This document shows positions 51,143 to 62,309 of a stretch of 64,000 bases of DNA, one piece after another (position 1 is the first letter of the stretch; each line of letters opens with the position of its first letter). The notes under the pieces were generated by a model. That model ran no database searches, had not been told where the DNA came from, and saw only the letters and a program-made list of their open reading frames with translations. This DNA is from Vitrella brassicaformis CCMP3155 (Eukaryota > Protista > Chromerida): NCBI GenBank assembly GCA_001179505.1, contig CDMY01000405.1, positions 310,001 to 374,000 on the forward strand, written 5' to 3'. The translations under genes were made by a program, and so were the position numbers.

Positions 51143-54100
51143 TCATGTCAGCTGCTGCTGTTGTTGCTGTATGTGCTGGAGCAGCCTCTCCTGGAGGTCG
51201 GCCTTCTTGCCGCTCAGCCGCAGCCCCATCTCTCGGCAGCACTCCTTCAGCTCGTTCACACGCATACCAGATATCATCTCCGCCGTCAGCTCAACGACAC
51301 CACCACCCTCATCTCCCTCCCCCTCCCCCTCCCCCTCATCCACCTCGTCAATGTCAACAATCTCGTGCTCCACCATCTCCACCAGGTCGCGCATCGTCGT
51401 CTGGCCGCGGACGCCGCCGCCGTACCCGTCATATGCCATCCCGCCGGTGTCGTCATCCTGCGTCATGAGAAAACCTAAGAACTCCTTCCTCTCCATGTCG
51501 GACATGCTGTCGCCCTCCCCTGCCGACGACGGCCCCGCCACGGAAAAGCTGTCCGCGCTGTCGGTGCTCCCCATCCTCTCGCGAATGAGGTTGATGAGCA
51601 CCTCCCTTAGCAGCTCCTGCCTTGCGGCGCGGCCCCCCTCGGTGGGCATGTCGAAGTCGGAGAGGTAGGCGTCCAGCTCAGGATCGCTCAGGGCGGGCAG
51701 CGAGTCCAGCACCTCGATCGCCAAACCGACGTCGTCATCATCGCCACCGTACATGCCGCCCTCACCACCACTATCATACGCACCCTCATCGTCTGTGGCC
51801 GGTGGTGCGGGCGGTGGCGGGGCCTCCTGCGTCTGCTGTCGCTGGTGGGACATCCTGAGAGCGGACCTGGCGCGGCTGAGGAAGCGACTTTTGTGTGTGG
51901 ACAATGGGCTGGCCGGGAGGAGCGGTGAGGGGAGGGTAGGGAGGGATGGGGGCGAGGGGTCGTCATTGTCGTCCGTGAGAGGGGTGGGGGCGAAGATGGG
52001 CTTGTTGTCCGCTGTGTCCGGAGCGCTGCTGTCCAGCCAGTGCCTCAGCTCAGCCAAATCAGCCTCCCGCACTGAGTGTGCAGCACGACACACAAAGGAA
52101 TGAGTCACACGGACGTGAAAGCGTCCACCGGGCTCTTCCGTGTACCTGCTCCACTGTCTCCCTCCAAGTCCTCCTCGTCGATAAAGAATCTGGCCTGTCC
52201 GTCTGTCGTCGCACCCCTCCTGCTGAACGGGGCGCTGAAGCCCATCTCATCCTCGAGCGATGCCGGGAAGGGGCTGTCGGTGGAACCACCGAACGGGGCA
52301 GGATCGACATACCTTGGCTCCTCGGAATCATCTTCCTTCTCGGCACCTCGCACCTCTGAGCGGCAAAAGGCAAAACATTCATCCGTTCTGTTGCAGTATA
52401 GATGCGTGTGTGCCTGCCTGGACTGACCGTATTGCGTGTCGTCCGATGAAGGTGCCGGTGGGTGAGGCTCCCAGCCGTTGACAACGGGGCCACTACTCCG
52501 TCCCGTCTGCAGTGCGCTAATATCGGTGTCTGAGCCAAAGGGGCTGCTGTCATCCCTTTCTCCCTCGCCCCCGCCCCCCAGTTCCCACTGCAGCTTGGCC
52601 TGGAAGCCGCCCCTGCCCGCGTCGATGCGGCCGACGCCCAGCTTGCTGGCGCCGATGTTGCCTGACAGCTCGGCGTAGTGTATCGCCTCGTCCAGGTTGG
52701 TGATGGGGCGGAAGGTGCGCCAGTCGACCACCAAACCTTCGTGCTTGCACCACTGATAAACGCACCACGGCGCGGCACACACATGTCCAGGAAGGGGGAG
52801 TGGTATGGTCAATGGTCATGTGGCTGTGCTGTGGCTCACTTGGATGTAGCTGTCATAGTGCGGGTCGGCGGTAAGCGTGCGGGGGTCCCCAAACACTACC
52901 AGACCCCTGACAAAGATGTCCACACAGAGCAGAGGAGGTTGGGTGGCCCGTGGTTCCCCTGCTACTGGTGCGCCCTGCCTGAGTGGCTGGCTGACCTTCT
53001 GGCTCGTGTGACGGCGACGTTGAGTCTCCGCCAGTCGCGCAGGAAGCCCACACTGCCGGTGGGGTTCGACCTCACGGCCGAGAACAGGATCACCTCCTTC
53101 TCGCGACCCTGGTAACCGTCAACCGACTTCACCTGAATGCGGCCATCCATCCCCACATCAAGACATGACACACACAGCCCGTGTGCCTCTGCCCGCAGTG
53201 GTGCGTTGGTGTGTGGCGAGATAGGTGTAGGTACCTACCTCTATCAGCGCGGCTGTGTCTCTGCCCAGCTCAGTGCGGAGGGTGTCCTGCAGGAACCGCA
53301 CCTGCACCAAATTGATGCAGACGTCCATCCACACACACACATCGAGACGATGCACAGGCAGGCCGGCAGAGAGGCATGGTTGGCCAGCTTAGGGGCTGAG
53401 TTGAGGCCGTCACCTGACCTGAGCTGCGTATGGGGTGACGACGCCGATGTCAGTGTACGACACATCGCCATGCGACACCAGCTCTGGACACACACAGAGA
53501 GAGACGGAGAGAGGGAGAGAGAGAAAGATGTATGTACATCACGTGCAGGTGTGTGGTGTGGTGTGGTGTGGTGTGTGGCCCCGGGCCGCCCCCCACTGGT
53601 GCACCTTTGAGCACTTTGACGAGGCACAGTGCCTCCTCCCGGTTGTATTTGCTGGTGGTGCTGCCGCCCCACTTGGTGGTCTCGTCAGGCCTGCTCTCAG
53701 AATAACCCGCCGGCTCCATCACCGACACAAACGCAACCGGCTTCACACTACACACACACACACACAAGACACACACAGACACGAGACAGATCAAGGGAGC
53801 CACATCATGATCATCGTTCCGTTGTGTGGTGCCTGCCTGCCTCACTCACTCGTCGGGCCATGGGAATCCCCCGGGTGTGGGTCTCTCCTCCGGTTTGGGT
53901 ATGGAGATGAGTCGGTCGTCGTAGAACTCAAAGGATGGGAACATGGCGATGGCGGGGTGCATGCGGTACTGGGCCGCCAGCATCACCGGAACCACACCCG
54001 CCAGCACCAAACGGGAAAACAGAGACAAATTCAGACCCTCAGCCTTAGCCTGCAGACAGAAAGGGGTGAAAGAACAAACAGGTCTCTCTCTCTGTGTGTG

Positions 54101-54401
54101 TGTAGGTGGGTACCTTGTCGCTGACGACGGTTGCGGGCAGTTGGTTCTGGTCGCCGACGAGAATGAGCTGCTCGCAGCCCTTGACCATCGGCACCGACGC
54201 CGCCGGCTCCGTCACCTGGGACGCCTCGTCTATCAGCACTGTCGAGAACTTGACTGGCACCCTGCAAACAACACAACACGACACACCACACAGCGGTCCC
54301 TAGAGGCGCTTGTGTGTGGAGTGAGTGGTGGGTGAGTGACCTTTGTGTGTCCCATTCGGGCACTTGGGTGGTGGATGTCAGGCCTGGCTGACCCGCACCT
54401 G

Positions 54402-54435
<34 letters not shown>

Positions 54436-54805
54436 CACGTGGCTGTCCTCTGTGTAGGCCGGCACAATGGTGTGTAGGCGTCTGGGTGGCTCACTGATGG
54501 CAGAAGTGACGACCACATCGGCTTTGGTGACGATGTCGTATATCGCCCGCTGCTCAGCCACCTTGACGTCCTCCTCTGCCAGGCGCAACAGACGGTTCGC
54601 CTCGTCCAGCTGCACACATGTACCCACACATCGACGGCCGACCAATAGATGACACACCCAAGCAGATGCACACATGTGGTGGTGTACCTTGGCCTGGCTG
54701 GCAGCCTTGTCCTCGTCACTGGTGTCGTCCTGGTGGGCCCTGTAGAGCTGCTGCCGCCTCTGCCTGGCCTCCCTCTCATGCGCCAGCGCAGCACGGTACT
54801 GACAC

Positions 54806-54836
<31 letters not shown>

Positions 54837-57800
54837 AGTGCACCTGTGTGTGGTGGGGCGTGTGCACTGCATCTGTGGACTCACCTCTGGGTGCTGGTCG
54901 ACCATAGCGTCCACAGTGTAGTTCTTGAGTGCGGGGTTGACCACGAGCGCACGGCCAGAGCGGACCGCCTTGACGCCCATCTTAATGAGGCCCTCCAGCA
55001 GGTTGTCAGCAGCCACGTTCGAGAAGGCAGCGGCAAGCACCTTCTCGATCCGAGGAGGGGGCCCCGTGGCACTTAGAGCGGCGGGGAGGTCGCCGCAGGG
55101 CTGGATGCCCTGCGCACGGGCGGCCTTCATGAGGGCTACGATGGAGCCGAGGAGCAGGCATGAGGTCCGCGTCTTGCCGGTCCCTGGGGGGCCTTGGATC
55201 AACGTCACACGCTGGGTCAGCGACTGAACGCCACACATACACACAGGGAGAGGTACACATGATGGTCATGTGTGATGTGCATCAGCCATAGCCATCCCCA
55301 ACCCCTCGTCTGTGTGTGGTATCTGTGGGGAGCGTACGCGTCGGACGGCTTCTTCTTGTGACTGGTCGACCAGCCCCTGCCGCTTGGCCATGTCCAGGAT
55401 GGCGTCCAGCCGCTCGGCCGAATACCACCACCTGTTGGCAGGCTGGCTGAACCACTCGTTCCACGGGGCAGGATCGTCTCCCCGCCGGAATACCGCGTAG
55501 AAATCCGTGCTCGCATCCTCACCTGAACGGCACACACACACGTGCTGTGTCTGTGTTCGTGTGGTGGGCGGGGTGGTGGGTATGCTGGCGAGTGCACTTA
55601 CCGACTCCCATTTTGTGTTTGATGACGGTTTGGATGAAGCTGTAGACGAGTGCGTCGCGGAGGTCGGGGGCCATCTTGTCGCTCACGTTGGGCGCCGTCA
55701 GCTCCGCCAGCGCCGTGATCATCCGGTCGTGAGAGACGCGGTTCTCGAACATGTCGAGCCGCCATGACACCGTCCTGTTGTTGTTGTTGTTGTTGTCGTC
55801 AATGTCCTCCTGTCCTTGTGTATCATCATCCTGGCCGAGCTCATCTTCCTCGACTGTGTCTGCAGTGTCTGCGTCGGCAGGTCTGAAGAGTTTCCTCTCC
55901 GCCGGGTCTTGGTCGTCTGGATCCTGCTGCTGCTGCTGCTTGTTGGGGATGCGGTTCTTCTTCCAGAGCTCTGGGGGCAGGTCCATCACAGCCTGAAAGA
56001 GGAGAGAGAAAGATGTCGGTGGTCGGTGAGTGAGTGGGCGATAGATCGGTGGCGCCCGCCTCCTTACGATGTCGATGTACTTGGGGTGCTTCTCGTGCAC
56101 GACGCCCTCGTAACGGTCCATCCTGCAGCGCAGCCACAAGGACACAGACACACCGCACATCCATGCAGCTCTCGGCCATCGATCCAGCTGCTTGCTTACG
56201 CGTCTAGAGGGTTCTGCTCGCCCAGTGTGAGAGTCACGGCATCCCCCCTGCTGAACTGGTGGAAGGGCAGATAAGGCCGCCGATACACCAACCTCGACTC
56301 AACCTGCTGACCGTCACCCTCCTCGCCATCAACATCACCATCCTTATCGCCGCCGGCGTCAGTGCTGTTCCTCCTGACGGTCTCAATGGGCAGCTGCAGC
56401 CTCACGATTTTTTCCTTGAGAATGCGATGTGTGTGTTTGGCCTCCAGGCCCCTGATGAGGATGCCCTCCGACTCCAGCCGGGCGTTGGTCCAGTTGCGCA
56501 GCCGCTCCACCGCCATCTCGTCCTTGACCAGCACCTCCTCTTCAAGCAGAGACGAGAAGTGGTCGGAATAATCCACCAGATGCGGGTAAGCCGCGGGATC
56601 CACGCCCTCGACTGAGTGGGCCCGCTGCGCACACACACACACGCGCACAGACACACGTGTGTCAGCCACCTTTGCTCATCTGTATCTGTTGTGTGTGTGT
56701 GGTGGCTGACCATCCAGAAGGTGGTGTTAGTGTCCTGGAGCATGTTTGGAACATTGCCTTTGATGCGCTCGAGTCCGCTCTCCCTGGCGAGGACGTCGCT
56801 GAGGGCGGCGAACCGCCGCTCCCACTGGGCCGAGCTGAGACCCATCTCCTTGCGACGCTTCTGCCGAAGCTCCTGCCACCGATCCCTGATCGAACAATCA
56901 AACACACACTTGGTGCATTCATTCATCAGGTCAGGTCGTCTACTTGTTTCCCACTCGTCCGTCCACGCTCACCAGGCTTCCATTTCGAGAAGTTCGCTCT
57001 TCTTTGCGTCTTCGAGCGCCTGCACGTCGATGCGATTGAAATCTGAGCCCTTTTTGAACTGGCTCATGACTGCCTGCAGGTAGGTCTGCGGCCTGGCCTC
57101 CCGGGGAGCGCTCCTGTCCCTCTTGGACTTAGACTTCCGCCGCCAGCCGTACTTGGACTCGAGGATCTCCTCTCCCCGCCGGCCCCACCGCCGATCCAGG
57201 CGAACCTGTACCATACAAGCGCATGGATGCACTCAATGCGGGTGTCTTCGTGCTGTGTGTCTAGCATCCATGTACCTGTTCCCACTTGGTGTGGTTCCTC
57301 TCCATCTCAAAGTACTTCTCCAGCCGCCGCCGCTCCCTCTCAAAGGCGCGCCGCTCGTCTGGCGACACATCATCCACCTCTGGCTCATAGTCACTCATGG
57401 CACGGTCAACGGGGTCAGTCAACAACCTCTCACGATCTGCACACACAGCCAGACAGCCAGACAGCCAGACAGCCACAACAATACGACTTGATGCGCCGGG
57501 CTGTGCTGGACGTGGCCTCGGTCACTCACCTTCTGGTGTGATGGTTTCGAGGAGTGCGTCGCGTTGCCTCTGTCTGAACTCCCTCTTGTCGCGCCGCCTC
57601 CTGTCCAGCATGGCGGCGTGCTCCTCCTCCAGCCTGGGCAGGATCGACGATGCTGACCCAACACGCACACGCACACGACGGGACGCTGGCTGCCGATGCC
57701 GCACAGACACAGACGCAGGCACAGACAGAGATGAAGGCGACAAAGGGCCTGACACACACAGAGAGGGGCAATGAGTGGCAATCAGGCCAGCGCGTCACCG

Positions 57801-57979
57801 ATGGATGGATCAATCAAGGATCTTCGTCAACACACACCTCACCTACCGGGCAGCACAGGTGACCCAGTAAAGCCGCTCCTCCTCAGCAACAGCCGATGAG
57901 CGTCCGCAACTCGCGCAAAGATGGCAAACACGGCAAGCGAGATGAGGTTGACCAGAGCGGTTCTCCGCCACCGCCACAT
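51143..57979 (-). CDS. Upf1/DNA2-NAM7-like superfamily 1 helicase with C-terminal SAP domain and bipartite leader
   Basis: About 20 exons in frame. [81 protein letters not shown]; [31 protein letters not shown]. No Upf1 CH zinc domain seen. Confidence 0.9.
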
Positions 57980-58451
57980 CGCCAGGGACCGACGGCGATG
58001 TGAATGCAGCTTCTTCATTGACAGATGAGGGTGACTCCACGCCTGCTTGGGTCGAATCGGTAGATCGCGGCATTGGCAGGGTGGGGGAGGGATGCAGGAG
58101 TGCGTTGGCATTGGAAACGGGGCAAAGAGGTAAGTTGGAGGTTCAGCTTAGCTCGCAGACGAAAAGGAACTGTTTCTTGGCGAGAATTCGCGACGAGACG
58201 TGAGTTTTTTTTTTCCTTCGCTGTCGCATCTCATTCCCGCTGCGTGGCTTGCTAGGGAAGGAGGCAGCTGAAGTGTTGAAGCTGAAGTGCGGTGTCACTT
58301 GAGTGCCGCTCCGCCGATGGAGTTCTAGAACTCAAAGAAACGACTGTCAGCCCATATATCAGTCGTGGACCACTGGTCCGCCGTCACGAGGCAGCTCTGA
58401 AGTGTTGATTGGGAGGCAGTGTCACGTGAGGTGACCTACGGTGTCCCTCCG

Positions 58452-60112
58452 ATGGAGTTTCAGACGCCTCAAGGGACGCCGCAGAGGCCGCCCCGAGGTG
58501 GTGGCTTGACCCTCCAGGTGAGCATCCCATGCATGCCGCGCACGCACGCGATGTGTACCATCTGTGCCTCATGCAGGGATGATCCAGATTCTGTCCCAGG
58601 CTCCCAGCTGCCGTCCCCCCCCGCCACCCGGTGCTCGAGATTACCCGAACCCTGGGCCAGAACTCAACCTCACACACGGTGGGCGAGGCGCATGCACACA
58701 ACCTCCATGCACACATACATACCAGCCTGTCTGTGTCTGTGTGTGTGTTTGGTGCGATGCGGTTCGGTGTTGCCTGGTGTGCGCATTCACTGAACTCAGA
58801 CTCGATAGAATCCCTCAAGCCTTAAGGCCATCTGCCGTGCGTCGCTGCAAGACCATGTGATTCGTGACGCCCATATCGTGTTGCTCGACGGGTACAGGAG
58901 GGAGTATTCGCTGTGGTTCCAGGAGCAGCGCCTCAAGGAGGGCGGCTCACTCAAGGAGGGCGGCTGGTACGACCTGTCATGTGGCTTCAAGGCCACCAAC
59001 ATGGTCCTGGGGCGCATGGCGGTGCCCAACCCGGGCTTCCACGTCGAGGGCAGGGGGCATGACCCGGCGGACCACATGCGGGGGCCGGTGGCCGTGGGCG
59101 ACTGCTCCGACTACCTGAATAGGGAGACCGACTTCCACGTCATCCGCCTGGATGAGGTATGTCTGTGAGCAGGGCAGGCAGGCGGGCAGGCAGACAGGTG
59201 TTTGAATGAACCCACCCACCATGTGCCTTGTGTTGTGCTGTGCTGTGCTGTGCTGTGTGTCAGGTACACGGTGACACGCTGGAGCAGCGCCTCGTTCACC
59301 TCTCGCGCCTCCCGTCCTCGCAGTTTGACGACCTCATCCTCAGCGTGGAGGCCGACCTAAACAAGACGGGACGGCCCCTCGACAAAACGACGCACATCAT
59401 CTCGACGAAGCACCTGGGGGAGGGGCTCTTCGTCAATATGGACTCAATAGTGTCCGAGGCCGAGGAGACGCGACTGACGCTGACGGAGGGCATCACACAT
59501 CGCATCCGCAGCGAGGAGGACGGCCGCAGGCTGAAGATGCACGGCTACCACAACTTCGGATACACACATACATGGCTCCTCTCTTTTGTGGGTGCGTGCG
59601 AGCGTTTCATTCATTCAGGTGTTGCCGATGAGGAGTTGGCCGGTGGCGCATATACACATCGGTGAAGAAGCTGCGAATGCTGTTCTCACCTCCCCCACAT
59701 ATCAAGGACAAGGGTGAGGAGGGCGACGGTGAGGCCCCCAGCCAGCCATGCCCGCCAGCCAAGAAGGTCCCCAAGGCCCCCACCACCCACAAGAAGACCA
59801 CCAAGGCCACCAAAGCCACCAAGCCCAACCACACAGCCCGACCGGTCGGTCCTCATACACCTGGTTGTCGATGACTGGTTGGTTGGTTACTCATTCAGGT
59901 CGCGTCTCAGGGCCAAGAGGAAGAACAAGAGGAAGGCCGCCGAGGGAGTCGAAGGAGAGCGCCAGGAGCCCACCCCGCCGGCCAAGCGGTCACGCCTGCT
60001 GCAGGAGCTGGCCGACACAGAGAGCTGGCAGGTCAAGAAGGGGCGCATCGACTTTGATGGCGGATACCCACTCCGCCGCACCAGAGTGCGCGTCGCACGC
60101 CGACGCAACTGA
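58452..60112 (+). CDS. Hypothetical multi-exon protein with several frame disruptions and a basic C terminus
   Basis: Coding-like exons (HVIRDAHIVLLDGYRREYSLWF.., VHGDTLEQRL..HIISTKHLGEGLF) with GT-AG borders. Frame problems near 58580, 58820 and 59640; KRKNKRK NLS-like tail. No family recognised. Confidence 0.5.
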
Positions 60113-60199
60113 CACACATCCCCCACACAAGTGCTGCGGGTGCCTGCGGGGCCAGGAGGAGAACTGACGAGATAGACAGACAAGAGAGAGAGAGCAGGG

Positions 60200-62290
60200 G
60201 GCGAGCTAGAGTAGCGGCACGCTGCTCACCATAGCGTTGCTGATGTGCTGTGTTTTCTTTCGTCTGGCCTCTGTTTGCTGAACAGCGGATCGTCTCTACC
60301 AACCGCAGCCACTTTCACGGCACCACCCACCGGTGTCTATCACACCGACCTGACTGCCCCAGCGGTGGATGGATGGATGCTGTGGGCCCCTCTGCATGCA
60401 GCATCTATACATCAATCGCTGTCTACGTTTTATATCCTGATGTTCCTGTGCCACCCTTGCGCATGTTAAGGCTGTGGAGGGAAATTGACACGCCTTTCTG
60501 TACGCCTCCACTCCAGCTGGGTCATCCTACTTACTGCTTGCACGCCTGTCTGTGCGTTGCGTGGGTGGCAGCTTGGTTGTTGAACTGGGACAGATTCAAT
60601 GAATGTCCATTCATCGGCTGATTAAGTGAGTGAAGGCATCCAAACTTAGAACATTGAATGTGTAACAAATACACGTACCGGTCAGTCAGTCAACCACACA
60701 CGCGCAAGAGGCAGGCAGGCAGGCATCACGCAATACGCTGTCATCAGGGGGAGGGAGGGAGGGAGGGAGGGAGGAAGCGCTATTAATAACACTTAGTGAT
60801 TGACCGAGAGAGACCTCTCCCTCCCTTTGGCTCATGGATGCACCCCAGTCAGTCAGTTATTCAAAAACCCACCACAGACACACACAGGGCGCATCGAAAA
60901 TCGATTGAGGACCCCACTGCAGGCCAGGCAGGCAGCCAGGCTGATTGATGCGATGCGAGGATTTAGATAGATCATCCATCGTCAGTCAGTCAGTCAGTCA
61001 AAGCAGGTAAGCCAGCCCACACCACGAGGAAGGAAAAGCAAAGCATGCATGAAAAATCCACTCACAAAACACATGCAGCCAGCCCCACAGCCCTCAGTAA
61101 GCAGCCTGCCTGCCTGCCTGCCTGCCTGAGTGCACGATTTCGTGACACTCATCTCTCATCCCTCACCCCCTGTTGATTGACGCATTCACTCACACTGGAC
61201 CTGTCTTGAAATGTAAAAAACACTTGCCGGCCGGCCGGCCGGCCGCATCACAGGCAGGTGGGCACGGCACCGCACGGCACCGCACGGCAGAGGTAGATGA
61301 AGGGTGTGGTGTGGGTGAAGCTCAAGGGGGCTGTCTGTCTGCACACTGATTGAAATGAATGGTCTGTCTGGGCTTCGGTGGGTGGGGGGATAGATAGTAC
61401 GTGACTGGCTCCTTTTGGGAGACGCATCTAGAGTCGTACACAAGATACAGACGCGAAGGCAGCCCACCCAACAAGCACAGTCAGTGGTCGGCTGCCTGTC
61501 TCTCTCTCTCTCTGTCTGTCTGTCTGTCTGTCTCTGTCCGTCTGTAGGGCGAGATGGCCACTCGCTCACCCATCAGTCAGTCTCGGTGGACCGCTACACC
61601 CATCGGATGATTCACATTCCCCTGTGCTCCCCCCGTGCCACCCATCCATCGCCCACACATGGTTGCATCACCATGCAAGCAAGGAGTGAGTGACACACGG
61701 TCACTACAGGAGTTTGCTACCCACGCAGATGCATAAAGCCCACCCAACATCACATCCATCCACACTCGCCGGCCAATGCCCACCATATATCGTCTGTCGT
61801 ATCGCTTTACCACACGACTTCTCGGCTTCCTTGTCGTCGCTTTGACGCCTGACACGCAGGGCTGCAGCAACTCGCTTCGCTACCGAGTTGCTGAATGCCT
61901 GGCCGACAGGCATCGCAGCGCCGACAAGGTGGGAGAATCGCATTCATCAGCAACAGACCCAAACAACGCACACAGCTAAAGCCTGGCTGTCCCCTATTGA
62001 CGCCCATCGATCGACACATCCACCATCCATCCATCCCTCCATCCATCCGTCGCACATGTGCACACACCAACACACGCCACACGCCACACAGACGTAAAAC
62101 CGCACCACCGACAGACACACCACCGACACGACACGCGAAGGAAGCGCCACGCCCCAGGGGGCAAAATCTCCGCTCACTCACATCAGTGGGTGAGCGGGGG
62201 AGTCAATGAAAGGAGCTGGCCGGTCGGCCATTCCCATTGCCGTCCATCACATCAATCCTTCATGGGCAGCTAGCCATCATGGCCACCCGT
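60200..62290. repeat. SSR-rich convergent intergenic/3' UTR region
   Basis: (CAGT)n, (GGGA)n, (GCCT)n, (TCTG)n, (CCAT)n; no spliceable coding model. Confidence 0.55.
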
Positions 62291-62309
62291 CATTCATGAA
62301 TGGATATCG

